The notes beneath the pieces were generated by a model that saw nothing but the letters and a program-made list of their open reading frames with translations, was not told where the DNA came from and searched no databases. DNA of 61,861 nt, the filler included, from Sphacelaria rigidula (taxonomy: Eukaryota): assembly GCA_964200075.2 (NCBI GenBank). It is 8 parts of 8 records of this genome, joined end to end, with 100 filler letters (N's around TTAATTAATTAA, not from the genome) between each part and the next. Parts side by side here need not be neighbours in the genome. Positions count along the whole stretch, not along the records: positions 30,985 to 38,629 come from CAXNAA020013955.1; positions 38,730 to 46,373 come from CAXNAA020013956.1; positions 46,474 to 54,117 come from CAXNAA020013957.1; 5 more parts are not named here. One strand, 5' to 3'. The position numbers and the translations under genes are program-made. Below, piece by piece: positions 37,565 through 51,856 of the stretch (position 1 is its first letter; the number at the start of each line of letters is the position of its first letter).

Positions 37565-39013
37565 CACCCGTAGACAGATAGCACCCTGTGGGGCGCACTG
37601 TGCAGGGTCCGTACAGGGTCCTCCACAGTCTTTGTGAAAAAAGCCTGACAGTGAAATGCAAAATCTGTACCCATCGCAGCGTTTTGATAGGGTTTTCCCC
37701 AGGGTTGGATTTGCAGCCCTGTGTAGGCACGTCGGCAAAGTCCTGCACAGTCATGTGGTCGTGTTTTGGTGAAAAAACCTCAAGTTTTGTTTTTGAACAT
37801 TCCAAATTTTCTGGTACAAAATCTGTAAATTTATGTATCTTGAATACCTTGTCCTCCTGTCCGAGGTAAATTCCTCTTCACCCGATTTGAATCGAGCGAA
37901 AAGGAATTTATTTTCGACAGCAGGACAAGCTAGATCCAAAACAGATCCTCTTCTCGCCCAATTTAGTTCGGCAAAAAAAATATTAGTTAGAAGAGCGGAA
38001 GAAGCTGTTCATGATCGATCCTTTTTTCGCTCATTTTTGAGATGAGCGAAAAAAGGATCTACTTCGAACAGCTTCTTCTGCTGCGCAAATCCCATGCACA
38101 CTGGCAGATTCGGAATTTGAACAGCAGAAGAAGCTCGAAATAAGTACTTACTTTTCCCTCCAATTCCATCCAGAGATTGAGGGAAAAGAAATTTAATGCA
38201 AGCAGCGTCAGCTGCTGGGCAGATCCCGCAAACTGCATCGTCACCGGCGCATGCGATCCGACACGCAGAAAATGATGATGAAAGGTATTCATCCTTTTGC
38301 CCCCCAGTCCATGTGTACATGGGCTAAAGGATGAATAGCTCTCAGCCGCTTTCGCTGAATAAAGATTCCACACGTTGGATACGTGTGTTTGTCCACACCT
38401 GTGCTTCGTCTGAAGCCCCCGGGAAGGTGTGGGAAGATGCCAGATGATCGGGTATACCTCGTCAACCTATTACATTTTTCACAAAACCCCGTCTTCCATC
38501 CTCCACCACCACGAACCATGTTCAGAAAATATCACTTAATCAATCGTATATATGAATAAACAGCCGATTTTATATTTTGGGGTTCATACAAAATATGGGG
38601 CTGAAGTGGCATATCTCTCTTGCACGAAANNNNNNNNNNNNNNNNNNNNNNNNNNNNNNNNNNNNNNNNNNNNTTAATTAATTAANNNNNNNNNNNNNNN
38701 NNNNNNNNNNNNNNNNNNNNNNNNNNNNNCAAACGTCTTTCGACACTTTCTACGATAGCCCCCCCCCCGGAACCAGCTAAAAGTGTCACGAAAAAAATGG
38801 CCATACAGCGCCTGATGTTCGGGTTGAGGCTACATGAAGCGCCTTATATTGGCGACATTTGCTAGAACGAACCCGAGCGTGGGAATTCTCAGCTTCTCGT
38901 TGTGCTCGGCTTTTCCCATTTCGATTTGAGTGAATATTTTGCTTCCCAAAATCATGCACTTTTTTGGGGGGGCTATCGTAGAAAGTGTCTTTCTCGCAAC
39001 CTCTCTGTGAAAC

Positions 39014-39236
39014 GGGGGGAGGAGGGGGGGGCGCGTACTCATTTGTTGCTCGCCTCAGTCGTTCGACCATTGACCACGCATCNNNNNNNNNNGGTCGAAC
39101 AATGGGTAGTGGACCTGAAATAATTACGCAATGGGGGTAATTGTATTGGGAGGAGGGAGCGGGTGGGGGCGCGTACTCATTTGTTGCTCGCCTCAGTCGT
39201 TCGACCATTGACCACGCATCCCTTTCGAGACGGAGC
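39014..39236 (-). mobile_element. Two LINE 3' termini (39014-39082 and 39149-39236) with C-rich tails
   Basis: Reverse complement GATGCGTGGTCAATGGTCGAACGACTGAGGCGAGCAACAAATGAGTACGCGCCCCC occurs twice; a small N gap lies between them. Confidence 0.8.
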
Positions 39237-41469
39237 AAAGGGGGGAGCAGTCGGGAAGGCAAGGGCGGGATCGATGGACCCGCCCGGAATACAGCAGCAG
39301 CAGTAGCATACACAAAGGAAAGAACGATTGTTGAAATGCTTAACAAGATGGACGAAAGGGCTGTTGGATGCGTGAGTTCATGATGATGTATATTCTTGGT
39401 CACAATCACACGGTCTGTTTCAACGAGCAACTACATGAGTCATGATGCCGTGCTCTGGTGTTGTATCAGCGTGGACTGCTGTATGTTGTCTTATGAAAAT
39501 CGCTTAGGACCCTCGTCCTCTTGGATCGTTGTTGTTACCGGGGTCATCAGCGGCATTACTAAGTCGTTGCCGAACAATGCCAGAAACACTCGAAAAGCTC
39601 AGGGCAAAGTTTGCAGCATGCTTCCTTCCTGTCAGTTGTATGCGCAGGTGCACCCGCCACACTACCAGCTACAGACATTACAGATGGTGCGGTCGCGTAC
39701 ACTCATAGCAGCGCAACAGGCAAGTAGATCGCCTCTGGATTGTTTCTACTCTTCACTTCGAAAGCGTATATGTCTGCCAACGGCGACCACCGTACTTTAC
39801 CCCAACAGGCCAACAACCGCTGCTGACGCACACTCCGTCGCTAAGAAGATGGACACCGCTAATCCACGGCCCGTTTTACTCTCCGACATGGCCCAGGCAA
39901 GGTTCCTGATGACTCGCGCACGCCTGCAAGCCCCACAGCGTGCGCCCAGGGCAGCTCCGCAAAGTGTCGCGTTGCCGTCCAAAATGTTCAGACGCCTCTA
40001 AACGTGTTGTGGAGAAACGTTTATGACACTTCATTTTCGGAGAAGGCTGAACGCCGTGTGTGAAAAACGTGAAAAAAAACAGAGATCTCCGACAGAACAG
40101 TGTCGATAATAATGGACGTTACCCATTCCACTTTACGTTCTGGCGTTTCTGCTCCTAATTTCGGGGAAGCATATGCGCCGAGGAGGTATTTCTACTCGTT
40201 GGTCGTGCCACTTTGGGGTATTCTTAAACCTCTGCTTGTTAGTATGTGCAATTGTGCCTCTTTTCTTACCCCCATCAATTTTTCGTTCTCATGTGTTTGT
40301 CTCTGTCTTGCTTTTTTGCGCGCTTCATTTTTTTCTCGTTGTCTCGGAGTTTGCGTAGTGCAAACAGTATATTTCAAGTGAAATTCCAAGATTATGGGCA
40401 CAATAATCGCATTTATAATTCATCATGGAGGTGCCCCGGGTGCCTCCATACCCTCTTTCGACCTGTTGTGTCGACCTTCTGCTAAAAATGGAAATACGTG
40501 TGATGGCATGTGCCAGTCTATTCCTGTCTTGACACGGGGTGTTACAAAGCGCGGATGGATTTTGTTTCCACGATGAGCCTTGGAAACGCTCATGAGAGAA
40601 TTCTGGCGAAAAAGAAATACATTTTCCGACCGTGATGTGCGGCCTCGTTCACTTGAAAAAAATAGCTACTTGTAAAATTCCGGTTTTACTCCGAACAATG
40701 TTGACCTGCGCTCATTTCAATGCCAAAGGTCGTGTTCTTTTATTCATAATCCCCCGTTCAGCACAAGATTTTACTAATTGCAGACGGATTTTTTTTATGA
40801 GAGTGAGCGAGGCCGCACATCACGGCCGGAGAATGCGTTTGCATATTTTTAAAAATGTGGCGTTTTTGATAGAGGTTCCCAAGGCTCATCTTCGAAAACA
40901 AATCCATCCGCAGTTTGTGAAATACCGTGTTCTATGCTCCTGATCATGCTCGAAATGCTCCTATTAATAGAAGTTATGGTGACGCTTTATATTTCGAGCC
41001 TGCTTTCGCTGATGCTCATCTTTTTTGGGTACAAAATTACTCCCATTTGTTCGGGCAGAATGGGTAAGGTCATCGTGATCGTTGGGTTCTCTCAAACCGG
41101 CATACGTTTTCTTCTCCTGGACTGGGAGGCGTTCATAATAGTAGGCCATTTTTTAAGGAAAATAAAGCCTTGGAAGCTGCAAACAATAGTGGTCCTTGGA
41201 AGCTGCAAACAATCTACCATATGTTGTTGAAAAATCAGCACCTCGGAATCAGCAATTTTTCATTGCCAGTACCAAGAGGGTTTACGATAGGATAGGAAGG
41301 TGTGTAATGCTTCTGCAGTACAACGTTACATCGCTCCTTCCGGCAGTGGCTTCCAGTATGAGCATGAGGCGATACTCTGCAGAGACACATATCCCCTGGG
41401 ATTCATAACCCAGCCGTGGTCATTATCCACAAGACTGACGTACCCAAGGTGAACACAATGAAAGCATTC

Positions 41470-42548
41470 CAAGGGTAGGTCGAGTACAGTATACTCAGTA
41501 CTCAGTATTTTTGAAGATTCATACTTTTAGTACTCAAAGTTTGAGTAGAGTATTTGAGGTCATACTCAAGCTACTCAATTATTCGAGTAGAGTATTTGAG
41601 ATCATACTCAGTATACTCGAAATTCGAGTATTGAGATTATACTTAAGTGATACTCTGTACTCAATTATTACTGAGAGTGCTTACTCAATATTCGAGTACA
41701 GTATTTGAGGTCGTACTCAAAGTACTCAAACGTTGAGTGGAGTATTGGAGGTCGTACTCAAAGTACTCCAAATTTGAGTAGAGTGTTTGAGACCATACTC
41801 AATGTACTCAAATTTTAAGTAGGGTGTTTGAGGTCATACTCAAGTGATACTCCATACTCAAGTATTATTGAGAGTGCTTACTCAAAATTTGAGTAGAGTA
41901 TTTGAGGTCGTACTCGACCTACTCAAAATTTGAGTAGAGTATTTGAGGTCGTACTCGGCCTACTCAAAATTTGAGTAGAGCATTGGGGGCCGTGCTCGAC
42001 CGACTCAAAATTTGAGGTCAATATCTGACGCCGGATCGGATGTACCGAAAATTTATGACTTCAAATCAATATTCAAGTTCGTATGCAAGATACCCAAGCT
42101 CGGGTAGAGGAAATATCAAGGTATTCCTAGAGTTGCCACCCATGATGAGTGTTGGTTCGAAGTCAAACTTCAGCAAATATTCGGATCAGAATCAAATGGT
42201 ACAAAACTAGGGTAGAATGGATGTTGGGGTATTATCGACGGGCCCTGCACGCTTTTTTTATTATTCTATGGCCATCATTCGCTCATACTCCTTGTTGGCT
42301 GTGATGTAACACCGCCCATCTAATTGATGGCCATCGTTCGCCCATGTATTCAACATAGTCTGTAAAGTGACGTCACGAAGTCGCCGACTGTCAGGGATAC
42401 TCACCATATCCAAGGGGTAGGTACTCTATACTCAAGTATTACTGAGAGTGCTTACTCAATATTTGAGGAAAGTATTTGAGGTCGTACTCGATACTTGAGT
42501 ATTTTACTCGAGTACTCAAAAGTACATATTCTACTCGACCTAACCTTG
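41470..42548. mobile_element. hAT-like non-autonomous element with an internal ~41-bp tandem satellite
   Basis: TIRs CAAGGGTAGGTCGAGTA / TACTCGACCTAACCTTG; 8-bp flanks AAGCATTC / AAACATTC (TSD with 1 mismatch); internal units TTGAGTAGAGTATTTGAGGTCGTACTC..TACTCAAAAT. Confidence 0.8.
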
Positions 42549-42666
42549 AAACATTCATGAAGACAGCTCCAGAGAAGGGGAGCGGCAAAAAACGATATAA
42601 ACGAACGCAATAGAGTGGACAAACACGATAGACGAGCAAAACAGGAAGTGAGGAACCAAGAAGACG

Positions 42667-42735
42667 AGGGCGTACTCGTCTCTTGCTTGCCTTGGTCGCT
42701 TGACTATTGACCACGCATCCCGTTCTAGACGGAGG
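42667..42735 (-). mobile_element. LINE 3' terminus remnant
   Basis: Reverse complement GGGATGCGTGGTCAATAGTCAAGCGACCAAGGCAAGCAAGAGACGAGTACGCCC. Confidence 0.7.
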
Positions 42736-44822
42736 AAGGGCAAGAAGAGTAAGAATATGGTAACACGGTCCTGACGAAAATGATGGTGACGACAACAACA
42801 GCAACGGAGAACGATACAGTATATACGTACAAAAAACAAGAAATGGCTGACCGCTACAGCATGACGTGAGGTAAGGAGGCCGTACGAGTAAAAAACGAAA
42901 TACCACGGAAGCTAGTTTGGAAAAACACTTTTTTGGCATGAACTGTATAAGCCGCGGAATAAGTCGACGACTGCAAAACGTGTAGACTGAAGTACAGTAC
43001 AGTACGATGCTCCAACCAATGTTCACATACAACACGATGATCACGACAACACGGATATCGGTAAGCATGATCTACTTGTGTTGGGTGAGACGAACTCTCA
43101 GTAAAACAAAACGGGCGAAGAAGTCTCGCAATTACCTGGCAATTTTGATCCTTCAGTCTCAGACGGCAGCCGAGCGGTATACTTTAGTTCATCAGGTATA
43201 CTGTGTATTTCGTGGTCCCCTTACCCTGATTAATGCCATGGTGTTCATCGTAATCACTTGTTTTCGGTTATCCCCAGTGGATTCAAAATTGAGTGAGGGA
43301 GTCTGGCGTCTAAGAGGTTAACCCTCCCGGGGCTGAAGCTATCGTACCACCGTGTTGTTTATATGTGTATCTGCTGATGCTCAATCTATCACATCTTCGG
43401 AAGACTAGCAAGCTATCTTGTTTCATTCCTTGGAAACCGTGCCAGTGCCTGATGCCACTGCTCGCAACAAAATGTAAATATGATGTCGGAAAGAGCTCAG
43501 CTGAAACTGATGCGATTCCGGTGATGGAATCAACATGCATTGTGCTTGTCTCGAGTTTTCGGGTACAAATCAAACGAGGAATCCCCGGTCTTTTCAGGCC
43601 CAGCTTTTGTGGACCCACCCCTGACGAACGCACTTACAACACACCAACACCGCACATGACAAGGAATAGCGGGGGAGAGACGGGGAACCGCCCTCATGCG
43701 ACGTCTGAGGTAAGCAGCAAGTCACAAATTTTTTCACTCCCGCGTACACCCTTCGCCGATGGCTTAGAGCAGCGTGTTCGGGGGTACAAGCTGGAAGCGA
43801 CGACCGTATACAAACTTTCAAGGGTCGGACAAATGATGATTTATCTGAAAATTAATTGGTTTTAGTATTATGAGTCCACTCGTGACGAATCGATCCCTAG
43901 GCTTTATTTTAGCGTTACAACCCAGGTACACGCAGCCCAGACNNNNNNNNNNGGATACCCCTTAGACCAGCGATCAACTCTTTTCTCCTATTCGGGCAAT
44001 CAGGCCAAAGAAATCGTGAATTTGGTGATTTGGAGTCGTGATGATTTGTCCTAACCGTGCAAACGTTTAAGCGTTGTTTCGGCTAGTGCACCTCTCCGTA
44101 GAGAGATACATCCGTTGTTGGCTCGACTCATGGCCACCCCCAATAACAGTCAGTGCTGTCATGTCTATCGATGACAGGATTACATACAGACGGACAGATA
44201 TGAGACTATACCGTACGGTGCGGTACGGTGCTGTGCTGTACTGTACTGCTGGGGTATGACCAATATGAGATATACACCGTACTCACTACATGATTTTTCT
44301 GTCTGTGTACGGTCGCATCTGGTTACATGCTCCGTTTTTCGCGCTGACGACTAGCATCAATCATCCTTTTGGTCGTTTGTGAGCCCCAGGGCTCTGAAGG
44401 GCCAACGTGTCACCAGCGCAAACTGGCTGGGTGCTTGTCTAGTCCACCCACCATTGATTATGGAGGTAAATTGAGACTTCAATGCAGTTTCTAGTGGCTG
44501 AGCAGGAGAGGTGGTACCAGGTTGCATGACTTTAGTCGTACTACTAGACTCCCCGGGGCACGGCGGTAGGGTTAGCGTGAGGGTTGTGGGTTATTGGTAT
44601 CGAAATATAGTGATCGATGCCGATATATTTACATACGAAGTACATTGATTTGATAGCACCGGCGGAGTAATATATTGCCACCACCACCTTCGCCATTTTG
44701 CGCTGAATCTACGCGTCCCATGCATATCCTTCAGTACACGCAGTGTGTGAATTGTGGTAATATAACCGTAGTATGCTTTTTGGTGGTGCCAAGTGCCGCT
44801 GCCCAGAGCGGTGGCAGCGTAC

Positions 44823-44872
44823 CCCATGGCGAGGACTAGGAGTGCGGAAAACGTCTTCGAGATTGCAGGCAT
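44823..44872 (-). CDS. Possible first exon encoding a signal peptide (MPAISKTFSALLVLAMG)
   Basis: ATG followed by a basic residue and a hydrophobic stretch, then a candidate donor GG|gtacgc. Downstream exons were not identified. Confidence 0.3.
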
Positions 44873-47673
44873 CGTTTCACCAGCGAAGGGTCCCGACACA
44901 GGTTCCGATGATTGTCGTGTCGCCGTGCGTTGTCCCTGAGTCATCATGGTGAACGGGCACGAAATACACAACTGAGGCAAAAAATAAAACTCGTTTATAA
45001 TTATTGCAAAACCAAATTCTGAACGCTCCCATAAGAGTTGGCCTTAGAAAGTAATGGTCAAACATGGGCTGCTCTGGCTAGTAGTGTACTGTCTAACTGT
45101 CGCTAGCAAAAATAGAACCAATTCTCAATCCATTCATACAAGTGCAAAAAAACGATTTACTGAAACTACAACAAAACAGTATGGTTTACGGAGCCGTCTC
45201 CGCCTGAAACTTGGAAGAACATCGCTTGTTACAGGATTGAATACTCCACAAGACCAGTCGCCGAGCTACAGCATGATTCCGTTCGTTCTGGTGTCGACGG
45301 CTCGATCGTCAAACAGGGCGTCGGGCAGCTATTCCCATGGAACGTGTTCATAAACGAAATGGCGTACTTCAGACGGCGGCTCCGCGGCTCGATGTTCGAG
45401 CATAGCTTCGAAAACTGCTTTTCTCTAGGCTTCAACGCTGCCCGCTTGTTGGGGCTCGTGTTGGCGCTCCGGTGAGCCCAGTAGAGAGGATAAAGAGAGT
45501 CTGAGCGATTGATCCGTCGCTCCAGAGTGGGGTAGTCACCGTTGCGTTTGATCGCCATGCAGATTCGAATCAGTTGACCATTTGGGAACGCGCAGTCTTG
45601 CATTATCGTGCAACCTCCATCTACGATATGCATATAGGATATCATATTCATGTGGGTATATATCTGAGATATCAAGGTACATTTGGGATGTTCACCTGAA
45701 GTAGTATCGCTGCCCGTATGGAATTTCCATCTGGGGTATGCACATCCCAGATGGATAATGATATCCCCAATGGATTGTGATCTCAGATGCATATCCCAGT
45801 TGGTTACGAGTATAATACCCCAGATGGAGATTGCACGGTAATGCAAACTAGAAATCATGGCCTGCCAACTACCAGAAGCCCTGCGTGAGGGTTGTCATTA
45901 GCAGATATATGTAACCGACGTCATGGAAAGTCACCAAGAAGCAAGATGTTCGGCGTGACAGGTCAAGCCACAATTCAACCCCGATGGTTCTCACTGTAAT
46001 ATTTTGAGCACAATCCCTCGACCTGCCAGAGGAGCATTCTGCGAATAACTTGTGACCATCCTCTACCGTCAGAAGCGGTTTCCGGCATGATGCCCATGCA
46101 GCAGTGACGCGTGTTGGGATTACTTGGTCCAAATCATTCATGGTCGGACCTTTAGGGTGTGCAGACCACTGGACCTCCCCTCCCCGACCGCCATCCGTCT
46201 GGGGTTGGTTGTGTCGGGGTAGGCTAACCCCGTCGACAACACAAGCAGTAAGTAAGGGAGGGTGAGTTGACCTACTGGCTTGTCTGCGTGTCGTGTCAAT
46301 GGTAACACAACATACAGTGTAGGTAGTGGGTCATGTCGACGGTGCCAATATCCAGGCTCAATGCTGCAGCTGCNNNNNNNNNNNNNNNNNNNNNNNNNNN
46401 NNNNNNNNNNNNNNNNNTTAATTAATTAANNNNNNNNNNNNNNNNNNNNNNNNNNNNNNNNNNNNNNNNNNNNAAAACAAAAAATTCTGGATGAGGCATG
46501 CTGCGTTGAGGGACTTCCATACCACCATTTATTTTGAGGGGGGAAACCCCCCCCCCCCCCCCCCCTCCCTCCCTCTCTGATGAATGTTTCAAACTTCGCT
46601 AATAAAAGATCCCGTGCAGAGATAATGTTTTACAGGGGATTTCCAAACAAATCTGGCGCAGTGGTTTTTGGGTTGGTATAAAAGACCGGGTAGAGCATTC
46701 ATTGGGTCAAATGAATCATTGCCCGTCAGCGAACGCTGGCATCTAGTTGCCGTGTTCTTTTCTATTGTATAATAAGATACGCAACATTCTATTCAGATCA
46801 CCCGGGCAACAATTTTATCAATTGATGGAGACATTCACCCAATTCCGGCCAAAAGTAAACGTCTGCACGCATCCCGTTGTCCTCACCGAAAAGCTCTTCC
46901 CCACAAACGTTTGTGTCCCTCGGTTGATGGTTTGGCCAGAAAACATTGAAAAAAACCGATTCCTTTCAAGTTGAGAGCAAACAATACTTTTGCGCTTCGT
47001 GCTCGCCACTGGCTTGTCCCGACGTTTGCCAAGGCTATACAACTGTTGGAAGCCACGGGATTTTCATCAAGGTACACCAACTTGAAGGCGAAGGGGCGGG
47101 CAAGGAGACGTCCCAAGGTAAATATACATACAGCACATACATCACTCCAGTAAACCCCGAGCCTGAAAACATCATCACCGGTAGGGGTTGCTTCCTTCGT
47201 GTTTCTCGGTACGGGTCCTATTCCATTGTTGAAAAATTCACCTGAGTCCTGACCCGTACTCATTTCCCCAAGCCTTGGTGCGAGTGTGAGTACACCCGAT
47301 GTTCCGCTGCAAGGCCTTCTCGAAGCCCAATATCTTCGTCTCCTCCGCGATCAGTCGCTGGCGCTCGAGGTCCGCCAATCGTTTCAGCTTGCTCAGGTCC
47401 TCGTCGCGAGCACTCTCAACCACCCGTATCTTAGCCTGGAACGCCCTCTCCGTAACCTCATCCTACAATTCATGTAAACACGCACATGTATGTATACATA
47501 CACACCGTGAACAAGGTGCAACTCGTGTCGATATCGACTTCAACGCTATTCAGCCGACAGCACGTGACGAAAACATACGTGTAGGGAACATGCAAGGAAA
47601 TACACTTTTAGCGCGGGTGTCTTCACACCTCTCCGTTGAATGAATGGTACAAACTACGGTTTTGAAAACAATG

Positions 47674-47676
<3 letters not shown>

Positions 47677-47712
<36 letters not shown>
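47677..47712. repeat. (CA)n microsatellite
   Basis: About 18 CA units. Confidence 0.95.
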
Positions 47713-47715
<3 letters not shown>

Positions 47716-50700
47716 TCATCTGGGAGTGGTATTGTCTCTGATCGGGTTTGTTACAGCAATCCATAGACCCGTACAGGCTAGTTCAGGTGAACGCCCCAAA
47801 ATGCACTCATCCGCAAAACTTGACGCAGGTTTTTGGAGTTAGACTCTGAATATTTGCACGCATGTACTTTGGATCCTTGAGAACCTTTGTGGAGGCGATT
47901 TTCTCGCTTCTTTGTTTCGCCGGTTTTTGGGGGGAGCAGGGTTTGAGGAATTTCGGAGGATCACATGCCGTTCTGGGACCCCCGATAACCGACGAAATGA
48001 ACGCAAAAGTGTAATGAAGAACGTCGTCAGTAATTTTTCGCAGTAATATCAAGTACATGTGTGTAGATTTTCAGAGTCTAGCTCGAACGACCTGCGCGAA
48101 GTCTTGCGGAAATGTGCGCTGAAGTATACCTTGACGGCACCACCTCCTGATTACTTGGTTTTAGTATACAATACACTTTTCGACGTCAAGACGCCCCCCT
48201 TACGTCAGTTTATCGAGGTTCGCAACGAAGCTTCATACAAATGTTTTGTGGACTACCGAAAATATGTTTTGATTACTAACTGTGGAATTCCGCATCGGCT
48301 TCCGGCGGTCTCGACGCCTGGACCCCCAGTAGCCGATAAAGAGCGGAAAAAACTTGAAACAATATTTCAACAATGATTTCTCATTTGGAGCACTAATACC
48401 CACCAAACTGCCGAATTTCGGACGATCTGAAATCGACTACGACATGGAAAAGGGAAACCGTCTGGAGGCTTCATGGGTCTTTGGTGCATATCGTCAGTGG
48501 AAATCCGACGAAGTAAAATCCCACATAACCGAAATACCACGATTCGGGGTATAAGTCGATTCCATAGTAACCGTTTTCAAATATAATTTTCCCATTGGAT
48601 GCCCAGTACCAATGTACCGCGCAGATATCGGAACGGCTTTTAATGTGAAGACAACAACATGCCCAAGCTGATGGCGATTACTACGATTTGAAGCATGTGG
48701 AGTGTGGGTGACAACTGGGTTAGAAATTTGGTTCAAATCTCAGAATAATTTGAAGGCTGCTAATTGGTCGCGCCACCTTTCCGCCCAAAGCGCCACCGCT
48801 TTTGCCTCAAACAAAACTCCGGCTGTATCGCCCTCTTCATCTGTCCATGGCGGTCAGTATGACACCATGGTTGCGATTTTTGGATGGATCCTGCTGAAGA
48901 CATTCGCTGATGAATAGATTTGGGATGTTCACCCCGAGTCAGCCTGTAGGTCATACAATATCTCACTGGGTCGTTTTCCCCGCGTGTGTCGTGTTGTGTA
49001 GACTTTCGCCGGGGGCGACGGCGTTGAACGGACGTGATTTTCTTCTCAACCTCGCAGAATCCTTCTCGATTCAGCTACGAGTTGGGCCAGCTGTAAAAGG
49101 TGCATATCCCGGGCACGCAAAAACTATTTCAGTTTCCCGAATCAGCACAATGTAAGTATATCGCTGTGAACTGCAGACCGACTCGGTGATGCACGCTCTG
49201 CTTTAAAAAAAGGGAAAAAAATGTCCTGCATGATATATGACCTCAATGACGGAACTAGATTCTGCAAAAATAAATGAATTTGTCGGGATTCGAGTTCATG
49301 AGTCGTGTCTCCATAACCGGAATTTCCTGTATCACTCAGATTACCGGGGTGCAGCGATGTCACACAAAGAATTTGATCTCCCGCCCAATTTTGAGAGTTT
49401 TGAGCTGAACTTTGACGAGGAATTTCTGCACGGAAGTTATTCGTTCTCAAAGCAGCAACAGTTTTATCTATTCATTTCATGATATCATGACATATGTTTT
49501 TGGCGTATATTTCAAGTCGCTCCAACTTTTGCTTTGCGCTGCTTGGAGCATGTTCAACGTATTGGTAACAAAAATATCGTGTCAAAATTTCAGCGCCCAT
49601 CTCCTAGTACCAAACGGTGCCTCACCTACTCACTGTGAATAGGAGCCCGCGCAGTTCGTACATAGTAAGCTTTTTCCACAGCCGCCATCCAGAGCGTTTT
49701 TGAAGTCGTGCTTGGTGATGGAAGAAAACAGTGGCAAACTGATGCACGATACGGGTGTGATTTTGGCCCCAATGCGATGTACACCTAGCCGAGCCCGGGG
49801 GCTTACCGGCGAAAGGGTTGCCTACTGATAGTTCGAGACCTTGGCAACTGTTTACTGACAAGACATGACCCATCGACCTTGTCGTGGATTACTTCCCGGT
49901 CTAATATAAAGATGGCCATGTGGCGAGGGGTTCAAGGTGTATACGCACCACAATTCAAAGCACAGGCTGGCGCTCTCAATCCCTTTCATTAAGAAGTAGT
50001 CCCTACTAGTTCGTGTATGCCAGCTGATGCCCCTAAGCTTCTGTGAGGTGACGGGGTGTATATTTTTTGCGACTCGATTTTATGTACAACCGCGCTTCCG
50101 CAGCGAAAATGGAGGAAGGCTCACCGTCAAGGGTTATGATAGAGGCGGACAGTCCTGGAACGGACGAAATTCGTCGAGGGCACTCGCCTCCTTACGTCGC
50201 CTAGTTTTAGCTTCCTCTCTCGTGAGTCTGAACTGCATCACGGCGCGGGCAGCCGCTTCCGCTCCTTGGTCGTCCACCCATTTTCGTCTCGAAACCGCCA
50301 ATGCTATCCTTTTTTTTCAGCGCGCACACACAAACACATCGATTTTTAACAAGGGCGCGGACAATAATCGCCTAACGAACGCTTGCCAGAACCACGGTAT
50401 AAAGTGCAATCGGCTTTCGTTCGGGCCCTCTTCTTCAACGTTCTCTCTCTCCCTCCCGTCCCTCCATCCCGCCTATCTGTCCCTCCTCCAGGCTCACACT
50501 GTACACGCCATGGACGCGTCTTGAAGCTTCAAGAAGACGGAGCGGTAACTCGGAAACGACGTCGTAGGATCCCGACCGCCTGCTCCGAATCCCCCAAAGT
50601 CTCTCTCGCAGCAACACTCGAGCTACACCTACCTCACCGAGAATATCAATTTCGATATATATATATATATATGACATCCAGTATCTACACCAGGCGCCCC

Positions 50701-51621
50701 CCTTCTCTCTCTCTCCTGCTCCCCCCCTCCCTCGCTCTCTCTCCCGTGAGTCCTACTCCCACTCTCACGTTGATAGCATATATAGCACCCCGCAATAAGG
50801 ACGCCGAGACTTGAAAAATGAACTTGATGGATCATGACCGTGAACAGCGATTTCCATCTGTTTTGGGAAGCTTACTTCACTACAGTATTATACCACCTCA
50901 ATAATACGGATTTGGGAGTTTGCAGCACCCCAACAAACCATAACATAACCAAGATGATCATATGTTTGCTATATTAGTAGATATTCAGTTACACAAAGAT
51001 TCAGCCTCACTTTGCCGTCGCTCGTTCGCCTGCGGGTGGCTTTCCTATACCCAGCTTCCAGTCTTTCTGCAACGACCGCGCACGACTTGCGATCTCCGCC
51101 TTCACTTCCTTGTCGCGGACGGCCAGCAGTTGGCTCTCCGCCAGACTCGCCTGCTTTGCCTGAGGAATTTACAAGAACAGCATGATGTGATCACAAGATG
51201 ACCGGTGGCATAAGAGATGAGACAGGATAGGACGTCAAGACAGGATAAAAGAGTATGGGAAAACATGATACATTAGACCTGAGACAAATGACATAGGATC
51301 CGAGGCATTAAACACAAGAGGGAAAGGCACGAGGTTTGAAATATTAGGCATTAAACATTGAACATTGGATGGTTGGATGTTATACATGAAGTATAGGATA
51401 TAAATACATTAAACGGAAGGAATGTGACAAAATAATGGCAGGCGAGATGAAGAGCACACACTTCACGCACTGCAAGCGTCTTGACACGCTATTATGATCC
51501 CCGTACAGCATATCTCATGTCGGTTCTACGGGAGATTGTGTGTGTATATATGCGCATACATGATTACTAGTAGTCCTCTGACCGCAGAGGTAATGCATTC
51601 GAGCCCCCGCCCCCACTGCGC

Positions 51622-51856
51622 CATGAAATCGTTCGGCACATTAGATGGTAACGAGAAAACGATTCCTATCCTAAGAGATAGATGATGGCCACAGACGACG
51701 AAATAGGAAGTAGATGTCAAAGGGTTTTGTGTAGTGTATGGAGGTGTCTAATAGGAGTAGGAACGGTGCTCTGTTTCGAAGTGGATAATTGGTCAATCGT
51801 CAAATGACTAGGGTAAGCAACAAAGGAGTACCCCTGCCTCCTTTCCCCCCTCCCTT
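51622..51856 (+). mobile_element. LINE 3' fragment with C/T-rich tail
   Basis: MKSFGTLDGNEKTIPILRDR followed by the conserved 3' end GGTCAATCGTCAAATGACTAGGGTAAGCAACAAAGGAGTACCCC. Confidence 0.8.

Noticed and set aside
37800-41400. Coding-like remnants at ~37800-38500 and ~40400-41400 (also 19700-20580 and 47800-48550)
   Set aside because: No recognisable motifs and multiple stops; they cannot be assigned without a homology search.
41480-42010. Regularly spaced palindromic ~41-bp repeats resembling a CRISPR array
   Set aside because: Units are head-to-tail with no unique spacers, there are no cas genes, the context is eukaryotic, and TIRs plus a TSD enclose them.
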